Below, in pieces: positions 1 through 13,500 of a DNA stretch of 64,000 nucleotides. Under the pieces are notes generated by a model. It had not been told where the DNA came from. It made no database searches and saw only the letters and a program-made list of their open reading frames with translations. The position numbers and the translations under genes were made by a program. The stretch comes from Lepidodermella squamata (Eukaryota; Animalia; Gastrotricha): the NCBI GenBank assembly GCA_047495785.1, contig JBLDXI010000042.1:620001-684000 (forward strand). The letters run 5' to 3'. Position 1 is the first letter of the stretch; each line of letters begins with the position of its first letter.

Positions 1-1400
1 GAGCGATAAGCTTCTGGAATGGTGCCTTTGTTGACCATTTCGATGAGATCCTTCTTAAGACTGGAATCGATCGGCAATCGCTTTTCGTATTTTTGAACAA
101 GTTGGAAAGGAAACAAAATGACGTCTTTGTTGTAGCGCTTGGCGACGAAAGTATGAAAAGCCAAGTCGAAAGTTTTCTTGGTTTGGAGATAATTAGGGTA
201 GTCTTTCTCGTATCTGATCCAACATGGCTCCGACCATTTAACATCATTTTTCTGTTCGTCTTGCAAATACTGAGCGAACTTTGGTGACTTGTCAAAGCTG
301 AAGAAGCTTGCAAATTGCATTTCAGTTATGCTGTATGGTTTCACTTTCAAGCGGTTTGGTGTTTCCTCGCCGTACACTTCGAGTCTCAGATCAGCATCAA
401 TCGGAGCCTTCCGCGACGCGGCCACGATTTCTCTCCATTCATTTGAATAGCTGATGTTGACTCGTTTCTTAGCTTCCCTTTCAATAGTGGCATGCACGGA
501 ATCACATTCCATTTGCGAGTGGCCCGGCTCGAAAAACTTGTGATCGATGACTTTGAGATTACCTTTGGAATTGGACAAGGCTGCGAATAAAGCGTTGACA
601 ATGTACTGAGATTTGTTTTGGCTTCCAGTGCTGTCGCTCCATAGAATCAACTGCTCAACTTCGTCAGGAATCATTTCAGTGATGAATTTATAGAGACATG
701 AACCGACTTCATCCGTCCCACGACCCCCTTCTGTTTGATCCCACATGAAACAGTAGACATCTTTTGATGAAGTATCGTAGAAAGTCAGGTTTGAGGTGTG
801 GAACTTTTTTTTGTACATTATCGAGCAGCAAGGGCTTTCGAGGATTGACTGCATATCAAACTGGATGCACAAGATCAATCCTTTCGACTGTTTTGCTAGA
901 ATTTTGTCAGCATTCTTGGCATCTCTTGCAGCGTCTCTGTTGGATTCGTGGTTCCGTTTCTCCACGATCACTTCATGGGTGAACAGTTCATCCGGCAAAG
1001 TCGCAAATCGTGTGCATTTCTTGCAGGTGTCCTTCTTGGGATGACTGAAAGCGAGATTGGGAAAAGATCTCTTGAATATGGATCGGTAAGTAGCGTATTT
1101 GACGGGTTTCTCATCAGTACGCAGAGCCCAGTTTTGGTGTGCTATGCAGTACATTCGATGCATTTCCTTCAGATTGAGCGCGGACCCGAGATATTGCTTG
1201 CTAGTTTGACTTCTCGCATAATGACTGTCTAATCGCTCGAAAGAAGTGATGTGCTGATAAACAAATTTGTAAGAATTATCGCTGGTGGTATTCGGCGGCT
1301 TATGGCGACCGCGTTGATCTGGTATGATGTAGAAGCCGTCTTCGACTTTTTTCTCAACAGTTGTGTTTATAAAAGCGCGAGTTTCATCGAGCGCCTTCAG
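1..1400 (-). mobile_element. Degenerate Sola-type (DUF7869-like) DDD transposase, running off the window start
   Basis: Manual minus-strand translation gives HITSFERLDSHYARSQTSKQYL, FSHPKKDTCKKC, FDMQSIL, CFMWDQTEGGRGTDEVGSCL, WSDSTGSQNK and HKFFEPGHSQMECDSVHATIER. This motif series is typical of Sola-like transposases. It is broken by frameshifts or stops, so the ORF track shows no long ORF. Confidence 0.7.
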
Positions 1401-3341
1401 AAAGAAAGACCTGCATACTTCGATTGAGTCCCTAGATTGTGAAGGCGAAGGGGTTGCCAAGTAGTTGCCTGGTAAGTAATAATCAAATCTTCGAGGACCA
1501 TTCTCTCGTTTCTGTTTATAACTGACGTAACGGTTGATGAATGCTCGTCTAGCGTCGATAGATGCTCGGGACCAGTAAGTGTTAAAGCATTGTTTGACTG
1601 AATTTTCATTGAATTTCAAGGAGCATTTACGCCAGCAACCACACTTGAAGTAAACAGGCTTACGACCGGAATTTAACTTAGCGCTAACCCCTTTATCTGA
1701 CTGACGGTAGGGTTTCCCAGAGTTGCGCTTGCGTTTTCTTTCCATCGCTTGTTTGGATGGGCGGTGTCTAGAATCCACTATCCTCGGAGGAAACTGTTTC
1801 AGCCAATGGTCGTTATCAGTCATCAGCTCAAATCGTTGTTAAAAATGAAACGTTGAATGCTTTAGTCCTAAATGACAAGCGTCATAAATTAAAATGTCAA
1901 GGATAGAAAACAGGGAGTTGTCGAAAGCCGAATTGCCAATCTGAGAAGTTCTGTTCTTGACCTAAGGCTGTATGACCTCAGATTTACAGCTACCGATGAA
2001 GGATTGCCCAACTGAGTAAAGATGGAAGTTAAAGTGGCCAGTAATCGGGAGTTTTAAATATCATAACAAAGCGATAGGTTCACTTTGTATATTGCTGTGA
2101 AAGGTATTTATCAGCCAAAACATAAACCAGAAATTCCAATAAATCGCGTTAGTTTTAACTGCAGCAGAAACTTGGGATGGGGTTATCCCAGTCGTATAAA
2201 AGCTGACCCTAGCACGTGAGTAGCATGTGATCGAACGGCCTAGGCATCTCAAAATCACCGTGTTCAATCCCAATAACCGCAACATCAATCATCCATGCAT
2301 TGAATGCGGCGTTTATCAAGCTGACAGGAAGGGTTGACAGGAAGGGTTGACAGGAAGCGTGAAACCGCCAAGCAAATCCTCCCTTCTTGAATGGGCCGCC
2401 ATTCACCGGTAATATATGGTAAAGATATTCCTACTCAGCGGCCAAAGCAATCATGGGAATAGTCGGCTCCTAAGCATTGTGAAGATGGCATGCGTCTGAT
2501 ACCAAATGCTAAATTTTAAAAGGCAATAAAGAGTACTTCTGGTTAGATCTAATTAAGAGACTGTTTCGATTGTTCGTAAGGCTTCGACCTTCGACCGTTA
2601 GTAGATTGTAGGATTCACGCACGATCGATAAGTCTATAGTTTCCGTCTAAGTAGCTGTCAAGTTCTAGGTGGAGTTTGAGCCCCAAACCGACAAACTTGG
2701 CTTTCTATCTTTGATCAGAAGTTGTGTTGTGTTTTGGAGGTGGTTGTTTGAGGAAAAGGGCGATAGTTTCAAATTATCCAGGGGCCCAAACCACATTATC
2801 AGCTTGATAAACGCCACAACAACGAAATAATGGAATATTTTCCTAACAGAGTAGCCAGCAGCCACTTTCGGAATCTCAGCCGAAACAACCTTTCTACCCT
2901 ATTTTTGCTGAAACCTCAAAACAGGAGTTTAACTTTGTGGTAAGCTCAGATTTCACTAAACTCCTAAAGAATCTGATAAGAAGCCTCTATCAATATATCG
3001 GAGATTCTAATCATTCTAGAAGAAAATTTTGCTGCGATTTTAAATGGACAACTATGGAAAACATTCCTACTCCGTCGAATGAACAGACCAGGTCAGAATT
3101 ACTAAAATCGTGGGTAATTTAAAGCACATGCTTTCAATGTCCTACTTTCAGCAAAAATGATGCGGGAGATCTAAGAAAGAATGATGATAAAAATGAAAAA
3201 ACAAGAGAACAAAATGCGCAAATATACCATGTTACTGCGGAAGAATCGATCGCTCTCGTCTGAGTGCATTCTCTTGTGCATGCACCAAAATGCTATTAGC
3301 CCTGTGTATAACCATATACTCGCATATACTCCGCACAGTTT

Positions 3342-6300
3342 TTATGGGCGTATATCAGAATGCAGCCTATCGGTCTGTTTTAGCGAAAAACCATCGATAT
3401 TGAGGCAAGCAATGCTTCCCATCAACGGCTCGACGGGAGTAGCCCAGGATCTATGAACAAAAAACGCATTCTCGTCAATAAACACTTCTGATTATTAGTA
3501 AAAGGTACAAACCCTGCTAAGTGGAATGAAGCGGATGTGGTAAACGGAGAGGCAGGCGGAAAATCCCCGGGTCCAGTTCTTAAATTACAAGTGATGTACA
3601 CTGTTCCTGCATCGGCGTCGTAACCTATCTTAAGATGGTGCCATGCGTTTTCAGCGGTTCCGTCACATTTAACTGATATATCAGCCGACCCATCGCCATA
3701 CGGCCTCAGCGTAAACGTTTGACCGACGTCGGCTGTAAGTCTGAAACCAGGCATCGATCCATCAGGAGCAAATTCGAGGATTGTGCCTTTCTGCGAAGCC
3801 GAAGCAGCGAACAAAAACATCGTGGAATTAGCGTTCAGCTTGAACTTCTCAGCAGTCGCAGTTATGGGATTGGTTGAGTTGTAGTAAAAAGCCGTGTTGG
3901 GTCGACCGAACTGCCCAGACACTTGTTTAAGAGCGGTATTTGTGAAATCAGCTCTAGGATCGATGCGGTCGTTCAGATCAGAAACTAAAGGCCAACTGGC
4001 AATTAACCCAGGCAGTCGAGAGTTTAACACGTCCATGGTCAAAATCTTTCCGAGCTGGATTTGAAGACACTTTTTGCGTAGAATCCATAATTGGTCCTCG
4101 GACATCAAGTGCTTGTGAAGCGAAAAACAAGCCAGCCTGCCTTTGAACGTGTCGGTTACGGCAAGTCCTCCGCCGAGTTTCATTTTTGAGCTGACTTGCG
4201 GTCTAAATCCGAGTAATGGTGCCGGGTCGACACGATTGTCTTGTAACATCAGTAAATTATCCGTATCAAAGTTGTAAGATATAGCGATGAAAGACCAATT
4301 CGGATCCACATTTGGCACAACCGTCATTTCTTGAGCGGTAAGCGGACCTATAAAGACAATCTCCGATGAATCATTTCGACAGGGTACGGAATATGGAGAA
4401 CTTCATATCAGAAACGTTTTCTCATTTTTTTCACGCAGTCAGGAAGAAAGGGGAGAGGGGAGTTGCTGTAAAAGTTCATATTCGAAGGGCGATATTTCCC
4501 TCTCAGTTGTCTTTCGGCCACTGCTAAATACGCTACATCAGCATCAAAAAATTGGTACGTGAGGGACGTGAATAAAAACATGAATATAGTTTCGGCACTT
4601 GCGAATAGTATGAAGTCTTCAATTCAATGGGGCTTAATCAAGGCTGGATTAAAATTCGGGTGGCCCCTGGGCACTTCCTGGTTGGTATATTTTTCCGCAA
4701 AACCGGTTGTCTAAAAGCCATGAGTCATTTTTCTGAAATTTAGGGCGCCTGAAGCAACGAAAATTCCATTTATTATTAAATTGTGTATTGACATTTCTTT
4801 AATTTCTCCTCAATTACAAAGCTCAACGACCGAGCCCAGAAAAAATATAGAATTGTCGCCAAAAATATAGGTCGAGTCGCTATGACAATTCGATATTTGT
4901 ATGGTATGACATGAGTAAAACGTTTATATCTGTACGGAGCCGCCCGAGATTTACGAGTCGTGACGAGCCGGAGGCGAGTTGCGATGAGTAAATCGAGTGC
5001 GGCGAGTTCCATATATGAACGATTTACGAATGTTATACCGTAAAATTTAGAATTGTCGTCAAAAATATAGGTCGAGTTGCTTTGACAATTGGATATTTTA
5101 CGGTATAACATTCGTAAATCGTTCATATATGGAACTCGCCGCACTCGATTTACTCATCGCAACTCGCCTCCGGCTCGTCACGACTCGTAAATCTCGGGCG
5201 GCTCCGTACAGATATAAACGTTTTACTCATGTCATACCATACAAATATAACACTGTGTCTATATTTTTAACCTTGAAACACAAATCTATATTTTTTCATA
5301 CTTCAAATATAGATTTGAGTATGAACTATATTTCTGATCTATATCTGAAATATAGATTCAGGTGTGTCTATATTTTTGACCTGGAAAATCTATATTTTGA
5401 ATATAGATGCCCATATCCAAGCCCAATACTTTCGAGTTCTTGGAACAGCCAATTCTAACGGAAAAACACAGGGATATAGTTTTCGCAACGCAATTTATTA
5501 TGAAAGAAAATGGAGAAATTCAATTTCGAGAATAATTTAGACGGGGAAAGCTTGGCAGGCGGGCAGCAAAAATTGGCCGTAGGAACTAGAATTTCTCAGA
5601 AAACTCCGGAAAATCGGGCAGCATTTCGTCCCCGCTGTGCATGAATTCGCAGCGATTCGTGGGTCGGATCGCGCAGAAGATCCTCGAACAGGTACGGTCA
5701 GCAAGTCACCTCCAAAAGCACCGGGAGCGCTGCGCAGAAGATCCAGAAAAATCCGACAGCATTTAGTCTTTAGTCCCCAACTCGCAGAAATCACCACCTG
5801 GGATTGCATCTTGCAGCACTTGGTCAGCGACAGTTCCGATTCGATTGCAGTGCAAAAATCGATGTCCCAAACACCGTTGCAACGCGCTTGTCCGAAACTG
5901 AGCCATTTTCAACGACCGGAGATGAAATCCAGACGGACTGTCATCGATTCTCGTGCATCGCATCCAGACGCGTGTCGTTCAAATCGAACCAGTTTCTTCA
6001 GGTTGTAAAGGCGCAAGGTTTTCGCGAACGAATTTCGAGGGAAGCAGGCTTCAGGGTTGATGGGTAATCGAGCCATTCGGCGTCGAATGCGGCAGGATTG
6101 TTCGAGACCAATTGTTGCCAATCGGAGCAGAATTCCGGGAGCATTTGTTCGCAAAATTCGAATATCATGATCGAAAATGGAAAGAAATGTTCAAACTTTA
6201 AGTCTTGACAAATAAAAACTGGCCCAGATTTGTAAGGTTTGGTCGGAGAGTTTGAGCCGAACTGAAGAAAGTAGACAAGTGCGAACGAAGCGAGCAATTT

Positions 6301-8919
6301 TTTTGAAAATTTTTTGGTCCAAAAGCTCTGTCCAAAGGCTGAAAAATTGATCGTTAAAGCCGGTTTCACAAATCATAAGGGTCCCCCCTTTGGAATTTTC
6401 CAACTAGATTCAGAAAATATGGGGGCCCTTGGGGCATAAGGGTCCCCCCTTTGGATTTTTCTCGAAGGGCCCGAAAATTGCGTTGTTTGCCTAATGAAAA
6501 ATCCGGCACTGAAACTGGGCGAAATTCAGCTCTTATCGGGTCGTTGATTTGTTGCGTAACAAAAATTTTTATAAGATCATCGCATCGGCTCGAGCAGTCC
6601 TTAATGCTGAATCGCCTCTTACTAGAAAATGTTGACGACTTACGCAACACGGCTAAATTCCGATCGGAAATGAGAGGTTGGAAGAATTTATTTGGAGAAT
6701 CAGTTGGCAGTTGGCAGTTGGGAGATCAAGATCAGGAACCAAAAAACAACAAACCCGAAATTTCGTTAGATCATGACTACTGCCGAAATTTAAAATTGTT
6801 AATAAATTAGTAAAAATTAGCCATGCAAAGTATTTTTCCTCCATTATTGGGACGCTTCATAATTGTTGCCAAAACAATCAACGAATTAGGTATGTAACAA
6901 AACTCCAGGAAATAACGAGGATAAAAGACTACAAGACTAAAAAAAGGTTTTTGTATCGTTTACATCGTCAAAAATACCGTAAATTCATCAGTAGCGTCCG
7001 TCTTGCAAGCGTCGTGATTTTCTTTGAACGACGTCGAGTTACCATAGATTTTAATCTGACGCAATGAAATACATTGTTGTGGATTCAAAACCTTATCGAG
7101 ACGATGGCCCAATTACCCGTGTGCCAGTCGTAAAAGCTCCATAGCACTGCTTGCCGTTGCTTGTTTCACACTTGGCGGCTCTCTGTGAAGGGTAAAAAAT
7201 CATTACATGCAATCTCAATTTTTACTTCGTCCCATTATTAGGTAGGTATAATGTAATTAATTTGTGGACAAATATGGCTGAATTATTACGAGAATAGCAT
7301 GAAAATGACATCGAGGAAGTCTTTACCCCTTTCAAGCAATTTTCCCTGTTGCTGAACGTAGCAGATGAAAATTCTCGGGTTTCAGTCCCAGCCTGGCAGC
7401 CAGTTGTCTCGAGACGGCAATCGATGAAGCTCCCGTTCGATGAGCTGAAGCACCTAACATGCGGTTTCTCGCTGTCTGGAACTTGAACTGTTACAATTCA
7501 ATATACAACATTCAACATTCGATGATTAAAAATCAAAATTGAAGAAAAACTCACGTGAAGTTCCCGAAATGCATTGACCAAGATTGCCAAATGGACTGCC
7601 ACTTGATTCGAGCTATCAGTATTTTGGTAACATGAGCATCGAAAATTCACACTTATAATTTCTAACCCAGTTCTCGGGGCAGGCGAAGTTGACTGGTACA
7701 CAAGTTTTCACCACTCCGTTGTCCGTGCATCGTTTAAAGGCTTGATTCTAATAAATACAATTTAAAAAGCAAAGGTAGCAAATAGCAAATAACGAAACAT
7801 TTACCGCGAATTTGGACCTCGCGCTGTTACAAGCGGCCAAGCTGTCTTTAAGTGTAATGTTTCTGTACCAAACAAGCTGGAATTGAATAAAGTGACAAAT
7901 TTAAATTAAAACCAACGCCGAGCAGTGGATTTACCTCGATTTCTCTGTCTGCAGCTTCCTCGTCACTCAATTGACACTTGCCCAGGCCGGGATTGCAACG
8001 TGGTGTTAGGGCGCCGTATTTGTAGCACATTTTAGCATTCTCATATTGTTACAAAATTGCAGCAAAAATGAGCGGCAAGTTAAATATTTCATACCCCCAA
8101 TCGGCAGGTTTGTAGATCTGGGAACAAGGGTCCCCACTAAGGAAAATAAATGGGAATTTATCAATGGAATTGGAGCGATTGGATAGGATCTTCAAGCAGA
8201 AAATAAAATTGAAGATTGAAGATTGAATTTTAAATTTTAAATCCTTCAATTCATTTTATTTTTTGTTGTGATTTAAGATAAAAACGTTCCTAAATCCTGA
8301 AAGCCATGAGATCGAAGTAAATGTTTTCATTAAATTCGGGTAAATACGGTAATATTGAAGATTCTATAATTTTTGAACACAATCGGCGTCCAATTTATTG
8401 AAGTTCCCTGTTTGACCTCATTTAAGACAACGTTAATACAATTTGGCTGAAAACGACAAAATCTGGCAAAAATAAAAGAAAACCCATTTCCTGCTCGGGA
8501 CAGGGCAGAGATTTTATTTGACTTTTGGCGAAATTCAAGTAAAATAAACAATTGCATAAAATAAACATGAATTAAAACAGGAATTTTGAGGAAAACTTAA
8601 ATATAAAATCATTCAATGAAGAACCTTCTTAAATCCTGAGAGCCTTGAAACTATTCAAAATTTATATCAAAACATAAATTACACCAAGAGGAATTTTGAG
8701 GTAAAATTTTCGATGTAGAGTAATTTATTCGATTTATTGAATAAAATGTTTAAAAAATACCTGGTATTCGGTGATAGGATCACAAGTTGGGTTGTTATCT
8801 CGGCATGAAGTGAATGCGTTGTTGGTCACTTGGAAGCATCGCTTGAAAACCTGGCCTGACCCCAAGACGATCAACGTGAACATAATCACGCAGATGATTT
8901 CAAAATTAAAGCTTCGCAT
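3342..8919 (-). pseudogene. Family copy 1 (secreted Cys-rich + LamG-like protein), internally deleted probable pseudogene
   Basis: Exons 1-9 (8919 to ~6978) and exon 13 (~4347-3512) are present with GT-AG sites. Exons 10-12 were not found between 4350 and 6970. The exon 9 donor is phase 0 and the exon 13 acceptor is phase 1. The last exon loses homology after ..MGSIACLNI. Confidence 0.75.
4893..5248. repeat. Perfect-looking inverted repeat: 154-bp arms with a 48-bp spacer
   Basis: 4893-5046 is the reverse complement of 5095-5248. The ORF track shows the same peptide (MELAALDLLIATRLRLV...) on both strands. Confidence 0.95.
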
Positions 8920-8991
8920 TGCTAGTTTATTCGAGAAAATAAAAACGAATAATGATAGGAGAGGCTGAATTCACTCGTTTAGGACTGGCCC

Positions 8992-9002
8992 GTGGCTCGT
9001 GC
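8992..9002 (-). promoter_or_regulatory. Conserved upstream motif GCACGAGCCAC, copy 1
   Basis: The identical 11-mer lies 73-86 nt upstream of the ATG in all four copies that have a 5' end. Confidence 0.65.
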
Positions 9003-9719
9003 TAAAAAATGACATCACATTAGACAATTTTAAAAACAACATCACATGCAATTTTTGAACCAGACATGCTAGACAAAATTAGCACCGATTTAACCCGACA
9101 CGGCGATATCACAAAAGCAAGCGATATCATGATTTTGAACAAACGTCTATCGTTATGCGACATTTATTTTTTAAACTCTTCAGCTAATTTGAAACAATGG
9201 ACTTCGAAACTGTCGCTCATTTGAATTCGACTCGAATTGTCTCGGGATTTTGTGTGAAAAATTGGCCGTTTTCTACACCAAATCATTAATAATAACCGTT
9301 GATTTTTCCTTCAATGACTGAGCTTTTTTGAGCTTGGACGCTACAAGATATTTTCTATCACAGGACCCACTCACGATGTTGCCCTGGTATGAAAAAATGA
9401 AAATCACTGAATTTCGGACTTTGATTTTAGAGACAGAAGTATTTGAATATTTAAATTTTAAGAAATTAATTATGAGTTCGAGTTTTTATTGTAAGAATTT
9501 TCCCGCGCAATTTCCGAAAACTGAATTTTTCGTCAAATAACCAAAATTTCGACGTTTTCCATTCACAATTTGCCCCTCGTTTTAAAATAATCAGCTAGAC
9601 AAAAATGCTTCTTTCATCTGAAGGATAATTTAGAAATCAGAAAACCACGTCTGTTCTGGAGGTAGTTCAAATTCCTTTCGAATACTAGCACGGCTTCAAA
9701 TATCACACATCACCAATCA

Positions 9720-10250
9720 CACTCGGCGATGAAACCGGCAACAGCGACCAGGAAACAGCAAACATCTTTGCAAAGCACCTAGATGTACGGATGATCTCGC
9801 CAAAGCCCACTGGCATTTTCAACGCTAGCCTGAAAATTAGCGATTTACTTAAGATGTGGAACGTCACAGCCAGGACCATGATCCCTGAAGAAGGGACAGA
9901 AATCGCCAGGCCTGGTTACCGCCGTCTTGAACTGCCTGCCGAAGGTTTCAGAGAGGCTCGTCGCTCATCGTGTCCCAAAAAAATGATCAACAAGAAGATT
10001 ATTTCGAGAGAGAAGAGCGCGTATGATGGTGGAGTTCCGCAAGGCTCGCCACTCAGCCCCATCTTGTAGGTACACGCTGTACAAAGCCGACCTCGTTCGG
10101 GATCTTCCGAGCGACGTGCCTAACGGCGTGTTTGCTGACGACTTCGCTGCTGCGAAAAAGCACAAGAGCGAGAAAAGCGCGATCGATCAGGTGAATGATT
10201 CCCTCCAGAAAATTGGAAATTGGTTCAACAAGTGGCGGTTGAAAGTTAAG
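9720..10250 (+). mobile_element. Degenerate non-LTR retrotransposon (LINE) reverse transcriptase fragment
   Basis: GGVPQGSPLSPIL is followed, after a frame break, by YTLYKADL...VFADDFA...LQKIGNWFNKWRLKV. These are RT core and thumb motifs. Confidence 0.85.
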
Positions 10251-10564
10251 GTGTGCCTGGGTGTCCCGATGCCAACCGCGGTAAGGCTCATAAAAGCCAC
10301 TACGAGGCCCTTCGGCCTTTGGGCTTTTAACTGGGTAAAAAAAACATACCAGAATTATACGTGAGACACTGTAAGGCCTTCAACATCCATGATTTATTTG
10401 ATAAACCAGTTTAACACATACTTGCCCCGTCCGGTATTCACACCCGGCACCCGGTATTGTATTTTCATGAATAGCTCACTAATTTCAACTGAGATATAAT
10501 TTTAAATATTGTGCAGCTGATGTTGCTGTATTGAGTTCACGTGGAATGACTGATACGTATATTT

Positions 10565-13500
10565 TCAGAGCATTTCAGGAATCGCGTAGAAAGCGCAAAG
10601 AATTTCCGTAAGCCGTAGTTGATGAGGGGTATAATACGCTCCGCATATGCTCAGGCAAGCTAAACTTCCCATCAGCGGCTCGACTGGAGTAGCCCAAGAC
10701 CTGGTCAAACAATCAGTGATAAAATAGACGAACAAATATGACCATCAAACAAACCCAGCCAAGTGGAATGACCCGGCTGTTGTGAATGGGTCGGAGGATG
10801 TGGCAACCTCAGTTCCAGCTCGCGAATCACATTCGAAGGAGAGCGTTCCTTGCATATCGCCAGTGTTAGGATTAAAATAGCGGATTTTAAGATAATGCCA
10901 TTGAATTCCGCTCGATTCGGCGCAGTAAACTGTTAAATCAGCCGACCCATCGCCATACGGCCTGAGAATGAAGGTTCGATTGACGTCGGCCGTAAGTCTG
11001 AAACCCGTCGTCGACGCATCAGGGGCGAATTCCAGGATTGTGCCTTTCTGCTTGGCCGGAGCAGCAAAAATTGTTATCGTAATACCAGAATTTATCGATA
11101 AATCTTGAATAGATAAAGCTATAGGATCGGTTGAATTGAAATAAAAGGCCGTGTTAGGCAGGCCAAACGGTCCAGGTAATCTTTGCAAAGCTACGGTTGA
11201 GGTGGTAACATTAGCTTCAGGGTTTCTGTCATTCAGATCGGAAACCAGAGGCCAAGTGATAGGCGTGTTTAACTGATAGTAGAGCTCTGCCGGATTCATA
11301 ATCCACATCGCCCGAACCTGGAGGCATTTCTTCCGAAGTATCCACAACTGGGCGACGGTCATGGCGTGTTTGTGGAGCGAGAAGCATGCCAGTCCGCCTT
11401 TGAAGTTTATGTTCCCACCCAAATCGCCCCCGAGTTTTACTTTCGAGCTAACAAGTGGTCTCGAAATGAGTGATTCCTCGTGGATGAAGTTGTCATGAAT
11501 GACCAACAGCTTCTGCGTATCGTAGTTATAGGATATAGCAATGAAGGCCGAAGTCGCGTCAACACTGGACACTGCTCCCTCAAGAGAAATTGTGTAGTTC
11601 AGACCTATGACAACAAATTCATGCTTATTCCGATCACCGTGAACAGTGCGCGAAGTATACGAAGTATCGTACCCCCAGTTCACGAAGCAAAAGTTGAAAG
11701 TCCAAAAAAACAACAGGGGCACCCTTTTGTCATGAAATTGGGGCCCGAGTTCCGAACCCCCTAGTTCGAGGATCCTACTATACCTTAGAAGTTGAACATG
11801 GCTTGGCGCCCAGAACAAGGAGTGATTCGAATGAAAATTCAGTAACGCTAGTTTCAACTTACTTATCGTTATCCGAAGAAAGTCTGTTGCTCTGTTAATG
11901 TCGATGCTAGTAAGGTCCTTCTCGTTGTAGAACTCGAAAATTCTTTGCAAGCCGCTGGAATTCGCCGCAAATATCGGGTAAACGGCGATCGTGAACGATG
12001 AATTCTCGACATTTAGCAAGCTACTATCCAAGAGAACGGAGCCCTTCATTGAATCAATAGATAGCGCTCCGTTATTAAATAGTAGGTCTGAGTATTCCGA
12101 AGATGATCCAGTTACATTTCCGTTGATGCCATTTCCACTGATGTCATTCGTGTCTTCAATAAAAGGTAGGTATACAGTTTCAATCGGTAGCCCGAAAGGA
12201 GTCTCTGAAAGGCAAGATATAAATCGCGCCCTTGATTAGTCTTAGGCAAGCAACTCCAACTCACGCATATCGCACAGCTCAGCAGTTTTGAACATCGATG
12301 TCAAGTTCTGAAGTAAAAGAAAAACTCAGCTGAAAGAGTACTGATTGTCTCTACAAGTGAGAGAACTTACCCAGCTTTGAGGGCAGTCGTTAGCTACCGG
12401 AACACATTTCGATGCCATGATCAAATCATATGTGCAAAGCTTGTACTGGAAAACAGAAACAAGCCTTATAACTTGGAATGGAACTGATGAACAGATTGAT
12501 CATTTTTAATCTTCATGGGGACCTTTTCAAAACATTTTATCTATGGAGCACTGTACATATTTTACTATGATTGAAAATTGAAAGATGAAAACAAATACCG
12601 TGAATTCCGTGGCTCCCAACTTGCAAGCGTCGTGATTTACTTTGAACGACGTCGAGTTGCCGTAGACTTTTACCTAGTTTCATTAAATCGTTTTAGATGA
12701 CATCGAACATGATTTTTGGATTACACGCTTACTCGAGTCCCAATCGGGAAAGCTCCATAACACTGCTTGCCATTGTTTGTGGAACATTGAACGGCTCTCT
12801 ATTGGGAGAATAACATCATCAGAAGCTAAAATTAGATATATTGACATTTCATCTCACCCCTTTCAAACAGCTTTCCCTGTTGCTGAACGTGGCCGATGAA
12901 AATTCTCGAGTTTCAGCTCCGGCCTGGCAGCCGGTTGCCTCGAGGCGGCAATCGATGAAGCTCCCGTTAGACGAGCTGAAGCACCTAACATGGGGCTTCT
13001 CGCTGTCTGGAACTCGCACTGTTACCGTTTAAAACAGACAGCTTCATTTGATAGCCTAAATTGTGAAAACACACGAACATGTGGTTCCAGAGATGCAGAG
13101 GCTGAGATTAGTGAAATTGCTGCCACCCGCGAGCTGAAGCAGACAAAAATCATGAAAAATATTTCGAACGGTTCAAAATGTGCGTTAACCCAGTTCTCGG
13201 GACAGTTGATGTTGGCTGGGACACACGTCTTCACCACCCCATTCGCCGTGCATCTTTTAAAAGCCTGATTCTGAAATGCAAAATGGAGAAAATCAACTTT
13301 TGTTAAAGCTTTTATAGTCTTTTCACCTCAAATTTTGATTTCGCGTTATTGCACGCGGCCAAGCTGTCTTTCAACGTGTTGGCCCGGTACCAATTAAGCT
13401 GGATTAAAAAAGAGAAAACATCCGAATTCGGATACAATCGATTGGCAGGCCGGGAATTTACCTCGATTTCCCTGTCAGCTGCTGGCTCCCCAGTCAATTT

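Noticed and set aside
4776-5458. Two ORFs with an identical peptide on opposite strands
   Set aside because: Artefact of the DNA palindrome.
10745-12049. 434-aa ORF treated as a single exon
   Set aside because: It reads through a 258-nt GT-AG intron (11862-11605) that is closed or different in every paralogue, so the open frame is probably chance.
13022-13237. Hydrophobic, transmembrane-like peptide VAAISLISASASLE and its equivalents in other copies
   Set aside because: Wrong frame. The splice phases give LAGGSNFTNLSLCISGT, which is part of a Cys module.
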